Part shown: positions 19,063-28,586 of the stretch, piece after piece
Position numbering within the stretch: position 1 is the first letter of the stretch
Layout: each line of letters starts with the position of its first letter
Assembly: GCA_034439675.1 (NCBI GenBank)
Contig: JAWXAW010000076.1
Location: forward strand, 2,073-66,072
Direction of reading: 5' to 3'
Length of the DNA stretch: 64,000 nt
Origin: Saprospiraceae bacterium
GTDB lineage: Bacteria; Bacteroidota; Bacteroidia; Chitinophagales; Saprospiraceae
The notes under the pieces: generated by a model
What the model saw: the letters and a program-made list of their open reading frames with translations, nothing else
The model's database searches: none
Told to the model about the DNA's origin: nothing
Position numbers and translations under genes: made by a program

Positions 19063-19713
19063 ATGAAGATTTTACCTTACCTATTCCTGCTTTGCCTTCT
19101 GACCGCGTGCGGGCCTTCCGTCAAGGAAAGAAAAGACGCCGTCGATACAGCCTTCGCTGAATATCAAAAGGTTCCTGCTGATAGCTCTGCCCAAAAATTA
19201 GTGACCACGCTGGCTGATTATTCCAGTTCAAAGGCTCGCATCGAAGACAAAAACATGACAGCAGACACTATACTCAAATTTATAGCGCTGAATATGTTTA
19301 ATGACTCTACATTCAGGCTAAATGAACCGCGCGCCAGACTTTATATCGACGCAGTGGAAGCAGCCGTAAAAGCCGAACCCGCCCTGGCCAAAGCCCCTGA
19401 AAATCTCCACCATGCAGCAGAGACTGCTCGTACGCTTCGTGATATTCCGAAAGCCATCGAGCTCTATGACTGGATCATAGCCACCTACCCTGCTCATCCC
19501 AGAGCTGCTACCTCCCTATTCCTGAAGGCTTTTACCTATGACAATGACTTGAAGGAGTTTGACAAGGCAGAAGTGTATTATAATGATTATCTGAATAAGT
19601 ATCCGAATGATGAATTTTCCGAGTCCGCTAAGTTCCTGCTCGACAATCTCGGAAAGTCTGAAGAGGAATTGAAGAAAATGCTGGAGGAGAAATCGAAGGA
19701 GAATGTACAATAG
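19063..19713 (+). CDS. TPR-repeat lipoprotein
   Basis: MKILPYLFLLCLLTACG is a lipobox-type signal. TPR-like segments follow (YDWIIATYPAHPRAATSLFLKAFTY, YYNDYLNKYPNDEFSESA). Confidence 0.7.
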   Translation: MKILPYLFLLCLLTACGPSVKERKDAVDTAFAEYQKVPADSSAQKLVTTLADYSSSKARIEDKNMTADTILKFIALNMFNDSTFRLNEPRARLYIDAVEAAVKAEPALAKAPENLHHAAETARTLRDIPKAIELYDWIIATYPAHPRAATSLFLKAFTYDNDLKEFDKAEVYYNDYLNKYPNDEFSESAKFLLDNLGKSEEELKKMLEEKSKENVQ

Positions 19714-19775
19714 CTATCAACTGTCAGCTATCAGGAAAATTATACTTTCTTTTCTAGCGTAAAACTTAAAGTGCA

Positions 19776-20240
19776 CTAAACAATTTTTATTTGTTGTTTG
19801 TCGAAGGGACTTAGGGCGGTGCCGTTGACTTCTGCTTCTGCTTCGAGGTAATATTCTGACTTGACGTTTTTTAGCGCTTTCGCGGTATTGACCAGCTTCT
19901 TGAGCACAAAGTTCTTGTCCCCCAGTTCATCCATATCTGACTTCACAATCGAGAACGGTAATTCAAAATCCATAAGGATGACCTCATGAGCTGGGACTTC
20001 AATTTTTTCTACCAACTCGATCTCTCCTATTTTGTACTGATCGGTGAGTTTGTTTTTAAACCTGCCCCGAATATATTTTTCTGTCAGCGTGATCTTGATT
20101 TTAGTCACTGTCTGCAGATGCATGGACTCAAATCTGAGTTTGCCTTCGATGACACCAGATGACTCTGATACTTCATCAGGTATGATCATCTCGATCTTCA
20201 CCCCTTCTATACCCAGCCATCTTTTTACTTTTCCAAACAT
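19776..20240 (-). CDS. Spo0M-like (arrestin-fold) protein, tentative
   Basis: 154 aa. The N-terminus MFGKVKRWLGIEGVKIEMII...GVIEGKLRF resembles Spo0M-family N-termini. The assignment is from memory only. Confidence 0.5.
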   Translation of the reverse strand: MFGKVKRWLGIEGVKIEMIIPDEVSESSGVIEGKLRFESMHLQTVTKIKITLTEKYIRGRFKNKLTDQYKIGEIELVEKIEVPAHEVILMDFELPFSIVKSDMDELGDKNFVLKKLVNTAKALKNVKSEYYLEAEAEVNGTALSPFDKQQIKIV

Positions 20241-20299
20241 GTTTTTAGTTTCTGCCCCTTTCCGTTTACAATTTACCGTTTACTATTTACCAATTACCA

Positions 20300-20782
20300 C
20301 TAAACAAATCTCCTCATCCACGACTCTCCCAACGGCACAGTCCAGCAGTTGATGTAATCCTTTCTTGTACTGACCAGATTATCAAATACCCGCGTATCCA
20401 TCTTTACTCTGCCGCTTTCGACTACTGCCTTCAAACAGGCTAATGGGGTGATATGCAATTGTTCATCCTGATCCAGCCAGGCAACATTGTTTCTCTCTAA
20501 CAGCTTATGGCCGTATTTCACTTCAAGGCTTTTGACGAAAGCCACTGATTTATCGATCGAACACCCGCTGGGGGGGGACATGGTCTCATCGACGACCAGC
20601 ACCACAAACAAATCGTGCATGATTCCACCGATAGCCCTGAGCTCATGATTGTGGCTAGTCCACTGCGTACAAAATGCCTCAATATCAGCATTGATCTGCT
20701 GGATATCCCCAACCTCAAATGGCTTGTCGGCCTGGTATATCCAGACTCTCGATTCATCCGGGAAGGCAAGAAGATTTCTCAT
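20300..20782 (-). CDS. Conserved Bacteroidota protein of unknown function. This family is often mislabelled ABC transporter ATPase.
   Basis: 160 aa. FPDESRVWIYQADKPF...VVLVVDETMSPPSGCSIDKSV matches a widespread ~160-aa Bacteroidota family that I recall. Confidence 0.65.
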   Translation of the reverse strand: MRNLLAFPDESRVWIYQADKPFEVGDIQQINADIEAFCTQWTSHNHELRAIGGIMHDLFVVLVVDETMSPPSGCSIDKSVAFVKSLEVKYGHKLLERNNVAWLDQDEQLHITPLACLKAVVESGRVKMDTRVFDNLVSTRKDYINCWTVPLGESWMRRFV

Positions 20783-20854
20783 TTTTTAAATCCTGTTTTA
20801 TGATATTTTTATGGGCTAAAGCCCGAAATTTATCTTTCCCGCGACTTGAAAGTC

Positions 20855-21282
20855 GGGGCTATTCAATTTGATCCTGCTTGCTTTTTTGCTCCATTTGAGC
20901 CCCTTTTAGGGGGTTGGGGGCAAAACGGGGCTTTTCAATCTAACTTGTTAGTCCCTAAATCCCCTAAAGGGGACTTGAAATTACCATTTAAGCCCCCATT
21001 TAGGGGGTTGGGGGGCAAAACGGGCCTATTCAATTTGATCCTGCCTGCTTTTTCCCCTTTTAATCTACATTTAAGCCCCCTTTAGGGGGTTAGGGGCAAA
21101 ACGGGGCTATTCAATTTTGATCCTGCCTGCTTTTTTTCCCTTTTAATCTACATTTCAGCCCCCATTTAGGGGGTTAGGGGGCAAAACGGGCCTATTCAAT
21201 TTGATCCTGCTTGCTTTTTTGCTCCATTTAAGCCCCCATTTAGGGGGTTGGGGGCAAAACGGGGCTTTTCAATTTGATCTTC
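20855..21282. repeat. Tandem array of 5.3 copies of a 72-95-bp unit, each with a C5-N5-G5 hairpin
   Basis: Units are 20855-20926, 20927-21021, 21022-21102, 21103-21187 and 21188-21260, plus a partial unit at 21261-21282. The consensus is GGGGCTATTCAATTTGATCCTGC(C)TGCTTTTT..AGCCCCCATTTAGGGGGTTGGGGGCAAAAC. Confidence 0.9.
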
Positions 21283-22071
21283 CTAGCCTATCCTACTCAA
21301 CACCAACTCCGACAAATCATACACCATCACCTCCTCCTGCTTATCCGCTGCCTTTACACCATCCGAAAGCATTGTCATACAAAACGGGCAATTGGCTACA
21401 ATAGTTGCAGCTCCCGTCTCCATCGCTTCTTCAACTCTTTCAATATTAATGCGCTTATCCCCCGGCTCATCTTCCTTAAACATCTGCGCACCTCCTGCCC
21501 CACAGCATAATCCGTTTGAACGGGAACGACTCATCTCCTTAAGTTCAACTTTCAGGTGCGCCAGGACCTCTCTAGGCACTTCATATACTCCATTTACCCT
21601 ACCCATATAACAGGAGTCATGATAGGTAACGGTCATTGGTTCCATTCCTTCCTTCAGCTTTATTTTTCCATCTGTCAGCAGTTGATTGATGATTTGGGTA
21701 TGATGGATGACATCGTAATGCCCACCTAAGGCTGGATATTCGTTTTTCAAGGTATTAAAACAATGCGGGCAGGATGCAATGATCTTTGTAATACCATATT
21801 GGCTCAGTGTACCAATATTCTGGTGTGCCAGCATCTGAAATAAAAATTCATTGCCAGCTCTTCGCGCAGGATCTCCTGTACATGCTTCTTCATCCCCAAG
21901 GATAGCAAAATCAATTCCCGCCTCATTCAATAACCTGACCAGCGCTACACTGATTTTCTGCGCCCGTGGATCATAGCTACCCGAGCACCCAACCCAGAAT
22001 AAATATTCCGGCTTGCGTCCTTCGGCAGCAAGCTCTTGCATGGTTTTTATTTCACTATTCATATTCTTCAT
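21283..22071 (-). CDS. CCG-domain (heterodisulfide reductase D / GlpC / LutA-like) Fe-S protein
   Basis: 262 aa with two cysteine-rich CCG-type modules (WVGCSGS...CPHCF and GLCCGAGG...NCPFC). Confidence 0.85.
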   Translation of the reverse strand: MKNMNSEIKTMQELAAEGRKPEYLFWVGCSGSYDPRAQKISVALVRLLNEAGIDFAILGDEEACTGDPARRAGNEFLFQMLAHQNIGTLSQYGITKIIASCPHCFNTLKNEYPALGGHYDVIHHTQIINQLLTDGKIKLKEGMEPMTVTYHDSCYMGRVNGVYEVPREVLAHLKVELKEMSRSRSNGLCCGAGGAQMFKEDEPGDKRINIERVEEAMETGAATIVANCPFCMTMLSDGVKAADKQEEVMVYDLSELVLSRIG

Positions 22072-22196
22072 TGGCCCTTATATCCCCTAAAGTGGACATT
22101 ATACGTATCTGGGATAAAATTACTTTTTAAATTCTTACCGGCTCCTAAACGTAGTAAAAGCACCACTTTCTCTGGTTGCTGAGCGAAGTCGTAGCA

Positions 22197-23570
22197 TCAT
22201 TTTTCACTTAACTGCTCTACCCACTTACTCCTTGCCTCTGGCACCTGCCATACGGAACCACTGTTTTCGAGTGCATTAAACATAGGCACCCACTCTGGCG
22301 GCCCTTTTGATTCCATGAGAATCTGGTACCTCCGCATCTGCAGAATAGGTTCAAGTGGATCAATCAGCACAGGACATGCTTCGACACATGCATTGCATGT
22401 AGTACAAGCATTGATCTCTTCAGGCGTAATGCGATCAAACAAAGAGAGCCCATCATCAAAATTTGAAATATCAAGAACCAGATGTTCACCAGCACTTTCT
22501 TTATTGATGAATTGTTTTGATCCTGTTTCAAGCTTCTTACACACCTCCTCCGTGCGATCACGAATATCCATCATGACTTTACGTGGTGATAATTTCTTCC
22601 CGGTCAGGTTAGCCGGACAAACTGCTGTACATCGACCACATTCGGTACACGTGTAGGCGTCCAGTATACTCTTCCATGATAACCCTGAAATATCTTTTGC
22701 TCCAAATTCCGGATTTGTATCTGTACCAGCTTGAGATTCAACACCGGAAGGCAATCCCAACATAGAACGTACTTCATGCATGATAACAGGCATGTTGGAC
22801 ATCTCACCTCTTGATCTGAGCCTGGCAAACCATGTATTGGGGAACGCAAGAAAAATATGGAGATGCTTGCTATACGGCAGATATACGATAAATCCGTAGA
22901 CCACCAATACATGTAACCACCAACCTATCCGCTCCATCCAAATCAACCAATCGGCAGACCACCCACTAAATAACATAGGTCCTAGCCATCCGCTCACAGG
23001 CAGATATCCAGTGGAAGGATAATGCTCCTGATTTATCTGCTGCAGGACAGTATCTGCACTATTCATGAGCAGTATAGCCATCACGAGTATAATTTCTGCA
23101 AGGAGTATCAAATTTGCATCAAGTCTGGGCCATGCGGTCATTTCAGCTTTCCAGAAGCGTGAAATTTTTAGTATATTTCTTCGGGTCAGAAAGATAATAG
23201 TAGCCACAAAAGCAAGGGCAGATAGAATTTCTATCAGTCCAATCGCCATGGTATAAAACCAACCCAGGTAACTGGCAAAAAAACGATGGGTTCCAAAGAA
23301 TCCGTCTATTAAAATTTCAATAAGCTCCACTTGCGTAAGCAGGAAAGCCGTATAAATAAATAGATGCAAGATCGCAGGAATGATTAGCTTAAACATCTTC
23401 TGCTGACCGAAAGCTACCAGCAACACATTTCTCCAACGCTGTGCATCATCGCCTGAAATTTTTTCTGGTTTTCCGAGTTGGATATTTTTCCAAATCCGGT
23501 AAAATTGTTTCCCTGCCCAAGTAAAGGTGATCAGCGTAAGGATAGTGAAGAGGATGATATTGACAGGCAT
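22197..23570 (-). CDS. Membrane protein with a polytopic His-containing N-terminal domain fused to a 2x[4Fe-4S] ferredoxin domain (DsrM/NarI-like plus DsrK N-terminal-like)
   Basis: 457 aa with about 5-6 TM helices and conserved His (ILHLF, WWLHVL, SKHLHIF). CTECGRCTAVCP and CTTCNACVEACP cluster motifs are present. Confidence 0.8.
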   Translation of the reverse strand: MPVNIILFTILTLITFTWAGKQFYRIWKNIQLGKPEKISGDDAQRWRNVLLVAFGQQKMFKLIIPAILHLFIYTAFLLTQVELIEILIDGFFGTHRFFASYLGWFYTMAIGLIEILSALAFVATIIFLTRRNILKISRFWKAEMTAWPRLDANLILLAEIILVMAILLMNSADTVLQQINQEHYPSTGYLPVSGWLGPMLFSGWSADWLIWMERIGWWLHVLVVYGFIVYLPYSKHLHIFLAFPNTWFARLRSRGEMSNMPVIMHEVRSMLGLPSGVESQAGTDTNPEFGAKDISGLSWKSILDAYTCTECGRCTAVCPANLTGKKLSPRKVMMDIRDRTEEVCKKLETGSKQFINKESAGEHLVLDISNFDDGLSLFDRITPEEINACTTCNACVEACPVLIDPLEPILQMRRYQILMESKGPPEWVPMFNALENSGSVWQVPEARSKWVEQLSEK

Positions 23571-23694
23571 CTGCGTGTTGACTTATCGACAAACAAAGAT
23601 TAGTAATTTTCCACATCTCTGCCTACTTTCGCCAAACAATACTTTCAACCTGCTTGTCAGAAGACGTTCCAGGCTGAAGAACCCAATATGGTTT

Positions 23695-24189
23695 ATGAAA
23701 ATATTAGATCAGGCACAGATAAAGCAGAAAATCAAGCGATTAGCGATAGAAATTCTGGAGAATAATTTTGAGGAAAAATCCATTGTCCTGGCCGGGGTCA
23801 ATAACAACGGGACCGGTTTTGCGAAGCTTCTGGAGAAAGAACTGAAGAAAATCACTGAAATCAGCATTCAGATTGTAACCATACGCCTCAATCCTGCCGC
23901 TCCCCTCTCTGTACCCATCGAAATAAATACCCCTGTAGAATCCCTCAAGGGCAAAAGCATCATTTTAGTTGATGATGTGGCGAATACCGGTAGAACAACC
24001 TTTTATGCTTGCAAGCCAATTCTGGATATCATTCCGAAGAAACTTGAAGTTGCCGTACTCGTCGATCGCAAACACAAGACATTCCCCATCTATCCAAAAT
24101 ATGTGGGCTTTTCGCTGGCTACAACCCTAAAGGAAGATATAGACTTGAAGATCCTCAACACCGAGGAATGGGGTGTTTATATGAGCTAA
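23695..24189 (+). CDS. Phosphoribosyltransferase-family protein (PyrR-like)
   Basis: The start is taken at MKILDQAQIK. PRPP-binding loop SIILVDDVANTGRT is present. Confidence 0.7.
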   Translation: MKILDQAQIKQKIKRLAIEILENNFEEKSIVLAGVNNNGTGFAKLLEKELKKITEISIQIVTIRLNPAAPLSVPIEINTPVESLKGKSIILVDDVANTGRTTFYACKPILDIIPKKLEVAVLVDRKHKTFPIYPKYVGFSLATTLKEDIDLKILNTEEWGVYMS

Positions 24190-24232
24190 CCATCAGCCGA
24201 TCTGTATTAAATAGCATTTCAATTTTTACGAA

Positions 24233-25024
24233 CTACTCTGTGGTTGAGACCTGAAGAGCCCGCAGGTCATCCTTGATCTGTGGCATCATTTTCAAAGCCT
24301 CCTGATAACCGATATCATACATCTCTTTGATCTTGGTAAAATTAAAACGGCTGTATTGATAGATGGCCTCAGGTTCGATAAGCATATCACAATATTTGAG
24401 TTCCGGCTCAATGGTATTGATGGCGGCGAGATTGAATGTCCTGGCAGCAACACCGGCAATCGTATTGACTTCGCCAAAGGCAAGTACTTTTCTCGGAATA
24501 AGATTGACGGCAATGACATATGAAGCCATATCTCTGATGGGTGAAACCGGAAGGTTCATTAATAAACCACCATCCACATACCAATGATCACCAATATGGA
24601 TTGGTTGATACAACACCGGAATGGAAGCCGAAGCAACAATCACATCATGGAGGGTACCTGTACTTCTGATTTCAGCTTTCCCCGAATTGAGATTTGAGAT
24701 CGCCACATAAAGTGGTTTTTTCAATTCTTCAAATGTCTTTTCAGCAACATAGCGGTTAAGCATTTTACGGAGGAACGAATGGCGAACAAAACCTTTGTTG
24801 GGTAGCCGCAATGAAAACATCCAGATCAGACTTCGCTCACTTGCGATCGTCATGATTTCCGCAGGGGTATATCCATGTGCATACATCACGCCAACGATAC
24901 TTCCTGCACTTGTCCCTGATATGACCGACGGAAAAATTCCATGCTCCTCAAGAGCTTGTAATACACCAATATGGACTACACCTCTTGTGCCGCCGCCTGA
25001 CAATGCTATACCTACCTGATGCAT
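24233..25024 (-). CDS. Patatin-like phospholipase
   Basis: GGGTRG oxyanion motif, GTSAGS nucleophile elbow, and DGG catalytic Asp motif. Confidence 0.9.
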   Translation of the reverse strand: MHQVGIALSGGGTRGVVHIGVLQALEEHGIFPSVISGTSAGSIVGVMYAHGYTPAEIMTIASERSLIWMFSLRLPNKGFVRHSFLRKMLNRYVAEKTFEELKKPLYVAISNLNSGKAEIRSTGTLHDVIVASASIPVLYQPIHIGDHWYVDGGLLMNLPVSPIRDMASYVIAVNLIPRKVLAFGEVNTIAGVAARTFNLAAINTIEPELKYCDMLIEPEAIYQYSRFNFTKIKEMYDIGYQEALKMMPQIKDDLRALQVSTTE

Positions 25025-25101
25025 TCCGTTGTGTTAAGTCTATCTATAACGCAAGGATCGGGATAATGATCATGACAGACACCTGAAATCGTCCGTTTTG
25101 C

Positions 25102-28100
25102 TCAGTCTTTTTTCAATGCAGGCAACATACCCGGCACATATGGGGCACCTGCTTCTTGCAATTCAAGTTTGAATCGTTTGAAATCCTGATCTAAAAGGAG
25201 TCTAACCGCTGGAACCATTTCATTCAACTGTCGTTCCACAAGATCAAGGCTCATTTGATGTGTGCCCGTTGGGGCAGAAGTACTATACTTGCTTTCATAC
25301 ACAACTTTACTTATTCTATCCGCAATTGAAGGTGAGGTCGTTAAATCAAGCTGAGCCTTCAATGGATCACCATAAAGGGCTTCTTGCATGGTTTTAATTT
25401 TTTCTTCAAAAATCAAAACCGATTCCAGCCATTTCTCTTCCGGCTGCTCCATGTTTGTGATCGCTTTTCGAATGAGGGTGAGTTCACCGGAAGCTGCAAT
25501 GAGTGGATTGGATACACTCTGCAGCAGTCGTTGCAATTCCTCTGCACGTAGTTTGAATTCAACCATTGAATTCGGATCATCAGCAGGAAGTACTTTGTTT
25601 TGAAGCGAAATCACTTTAAAGGAAACAGGCTCGCCGAGCAACGTCATTTTTTCATCTTGCCATCTGGACAATGAAGCTGTATACGTACCAGAGGCAACCC
25701 TTGTACCTTCAGTAATACCCGCGAATGGGTTATAAAAACCTGGACCACCTGATCTCACAGGATCCTTTGCCGCAGTTCTCAGGTCCCATGATACTCTCTG
25801 CAAACCGGATTGATCCGCAGGTGAAGGTATTTTACGTATGATATTTCCCTGATCATCTTTGATGATGATGTATAAGCGCGCCTTTTCTTCCTTTCTTTCT
25901 TTATCCAGTTGCTCAAAGGTCGGATACACATTGTCTTTACCTGCTTTAGCTAGTTTCTCATCCTCTTTAATACGCTGATCTTTAGCTGAAACTATTTTAT
26001 CTTTCACATAATACGAAATCAAAGCTTCAGCACCCAGGTTGGTACCTTGATAATAGCTGTCCCCCTGGAAGCCATTTTTTGGAAGACCTAACGGATAACT
26101 GATTTCAAAACTCAAGGCATCTCTGACGGGCAACATCACAGCCTCTTTACTGATATTGTCTTCCTTAAGTTGTCGCAATACGGAGTAGTCATCTAACACA
26201 TAAAACCCTCGTCCAAAAGTCGCAAGGACAAGATCATTTTCTCTCTGTTGAATGGCAATATCCTTCACGGCTACAGTCGGAAGCCCGTTGGCCAGTTTCT
26301 TCCAGCTCTTACCGCCCGAGTTAGAAACAAAACAACTAAATTCAGTGCCGACCAATAATAGATTTGGATCTACATGATCCTCAGCTATAGCATATGCAGA
26401 GCCGCGTTCAGGCAGATTGGAAGAAATATTTGTCCAGGTCTGGCCCTTATCTTTGCTCACAAAAACATAGGGATTGAAGTCACCATATTTGTGATGATTA
26501 AAACACGCATAGACAACATTCGCATCATGTGATGATGCTATGATCATATTGACAAATGAGGTATCAGGTGCGTTAGGTATATCATCTATTTTCTTCCATG
26601 TCTGACCACGATCAGTGGTCACCTGGATCAAACCGTCATCAGTTCCTGCATACAGAAGATTCGCATCCAGAGGTGACTCAGCTAAAGCCACTATATTACC
26701 ATACTGGGAAGTGGATTGATTTTTTGCAACTGCATCCACACTCCATATCCTTCCCATCACTTTCAGTTTATTTCTGTCAATCTGGCGTGTCAGATCTTCC
26801 CCCAGCACCATCCAGTTGTTTCCTCTGTCCTCACTCACAAAGACTTTGTTTGCAGCAAAGTATAACCGACCTGGCTGATGAGCACTGATGACTAATGGCG
26901 CATCCCAATTCCATCGATAAGAGGCCTCTCCATTGCGTTCATGTGGTTGAATGCCTAATTCTTCGCCACTGAGTTTGTCATAACGGACTAGACCACCATA
27001 CTGACTCTGCGCGTATACAATATTTGGATTTTCCGGATCAATCTGTGTTTCAAATCCATCCCCTCCATGTGTCACAAACCATTGTTCGTTTGAGATCCCA
27101 TTACCTGAAATAGTACGTGACGGGCCACCAAGACTAAAATTATCCTGCGTACCACCATAGATGTTATAGAAAGGGGTGGCATTGTCTACAGATACTTTAT
27201 AAAACTGTGTAACTGGCAGGTTAGCTTTAAAATGCCATGTTTTAGCCAGATCCCATGATTCATAAACACCTCCATCACAACCGGCCAATAGATGGTCGTT
27301 ATCAGCAGGATCTATCCATAGACAATGGTTGTCAACATGCTTGAAATCTTCCCCTACATTATCCCATGACTTGCCACCGTTATTGGAAACCTGCATCCAG
27401 GTGTCCATTGAATAAATCCTGTTTTTGTTGACTGGATCTGGCACGAGTTCAACATAATAATTGCCGGATGCAACGTAGTCGCTCATCTTTTCCCACGATC
27501 CACCTCGATTAGTGCTGCGAAACAAGCCCCCTTTGCTCATGGCTGCCTCCACCATGGCATAAATAACTTCAGGATCAAGTGGCGAAATGGCAAGGCCGAT
27601 TCGGCCGATATCCACAACAGGTAAGCCCTTTGCTGCCTTGTTCCAAGTCAGACCACCATCAACAGATTTATATATTGTAGAATTAGGTCCACCTCCCAGG
27701 TAGGTGAATACATGTCTTCTCCGTTGAAATGAAGAGGCATATAGGATATCTGGATTGCGCGGATCAGCCACAATATCATTTACGCCAGTATGCTCATCGA
27801 TCTTTAAAACCTGATCCCAGGTTTTACCGCCATCTTTTGTGCGATAGAGACCACGGTCCCCACCTGCGGACCAAAGTGGTCCTATGGCTGCTACAAAAAC
27901 GATTTCGGAATTCTTTGGGTGAATAAGGATTCTGCCGATGTGCTCACTGTTTTTCAATCCGACATTTTGCCATGAGCTACCACCATCTATAGATTTATAA
28001 ACACCATCTCCATAAGCAACAGAACGTTGATTATTATTTTCTCCTGATCCAACCCAGATCACATTTGGATTGTTGGGATCAATGTTGATCGTTCCAATGG

Positions 28101-28449
28101 AATAAGAACCTTCCTGGTCAAAAACCGGCTCAAAAGTGGTCCCTGCATTGGTTGTTCGCCATACACCACCTGAACTTACCGCCACGAAATACCGCTTATG
28201 ATTTAAGGGATCAACGGCAATTTCTGAGATTCTGCCTGAAGTCAGCGCAGGGCCGATACTTCTGAATTTGAGTCCGGATATAGCCACCGTGTCAAATCCT
28301 GTTTTCACTTGTTTTGGTATGGATGCTTTCGAATCCTTATCTGACTTTGGTTTCTGGGCAAGGCAATAGCTCCAAGGAATCAAGATCGAAACCAGTAAAA
28401 TAAGAGGGGCAAGAAACTTACCGAATGGATTTCTACATATCATTTTCAT
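25102..28449 (-). CDS. Sortilin/VPS10-like BNR (Asp-box) repeat protein, secreted
   Basis: 1115 aa with a signal peptide. Many S-x-D-x-G-x-T/S-W Asp-boxes are present (SIDGGSSW, TKDGGKTW, SVDGGLTW, SNNGGKSW, TTDRGQTW, SKDKGQTW, SNSGGKSW). Confidence 0.85.
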   Translation of the reverse strand: MKMICRNPFGKFLAPLILLVSILIPWSYCLAQKPKSDKDSKASIPKQVKTGFDTVAISGLKFRSIGPALTSGRISEIAVDPLNHKRYFVAVSSGGVWRTTNAGTTFEPVFDQEGSYSIGTINIDPNNPNVIWVGSGENNNQRSVAYGDGVYKSIDGGSSWQNVGLKNSEHIGRILIHPKNSEIVFVAAIGPLWSAGGDRGLYRTKDGGKTWDQVLKIDEHTGVNDIVADPRNPDILYASSFQRRRHVFTYLGGGPNSTIYKSVDGGLTWNKAAKGLPVVDIGRIGLAISPLDPEVIYAMVEAAMSKGGLFRSTNRGGSWEKMSDYVASGNYYVELVPDPVNKNRIYSMDTWMQVSNNGGKSWDNVGEDFKHVDNHCLWIDPADNDHLLAGCDGGVYESWDLAKTWHFKANLPVTQFYKVSVDNATPFYNIYGGTQDNFSLGGPSRTISGNGISNEQWFVTHGGDGFETQIDPENPNIVYAQSQYGGLVRYDKLSGEELGIQPHERNGEASYRWNWDAPLVISAHQPGRLYFAANKVFVSEDRGNNWMVLGEDLTRQIDRNKLKVMGRIWSVDAVAKNQSTSQYGNIVALAESPLDANLLYAGTDDGLIQVTTDRGQTWKKIDDIPNAPDTSFVNMIIASSHDANVVYACFNHHKYGDFNPYVFVSKDKGQTWTNISSNLPERGSAYAIAEDHVDPNLLLVGTEFSCFVSNSGGKSWKKLANGLPTVAVKDIAIQQRENDLVLATFGRGFYVLDDYSVLRQLKEDNISKEAVMLPVRDALSFEISYPLGLPKNGFQGDSYYQGTNLGAEALISYYVKDKIVSAKDQRIKEDEKLAKAGKDNVYPTFEQLDKERKEEKARLYIIIKDDQGNIIRKIPSPADQSGLQRVSWDLRTAAKDPVRSGGPGFYNPFAGITEGTRVASGTYTASLSRWQDEKMTLLGEPVSFKVISLQNKVLPADDPNSMVEFKLRAEELQRLLQSVSNPLIAASGELTLIRKAITNMEQPEEKWLESVLIFEEKIKTMQEALYGDPLKAQLDLTTSPSIADRISKVVYESKYSTSAPTGTHQMSLDLVERQLNEMVPAVRLLLDQDFKRFKLELQEAGAPYVPGMLPALKKD

Positions 28450-28586
28450 ATCAGATTTAGCGGCTGTAAGATAAAGAATGCTATAAGAACATATCCGGAT
28501 TTAGCCAGGCACTGTGGATTTGATAACTTGCCCTCTGAACCAATTCAAGTATGGAGTGTTTGTCAACAACATCACTCCGGAATATT

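Noticed and set aside
20855-21282. Possible CRISPR array, with regularly spaced ~35-nt conserved cores
   Set aside because: The sequences between the conserved cores are themselves repeated between units (units 1 and 5 match, as do units 3 and 4). There are therefore no unique spacers. No cas genes are in the window. This is a tandem satellite-type array.
20846-21404. ORFs 20846-21085 (79 aa) and 21201-21404 (67 aa) with repeated LGGWGQNGAFQ peptides
   Set aside because: They are translations of the tandem DNA repeat in one frame. The composition is periodic, and the second ORF runs antisense into the CCG Fe-S gene.
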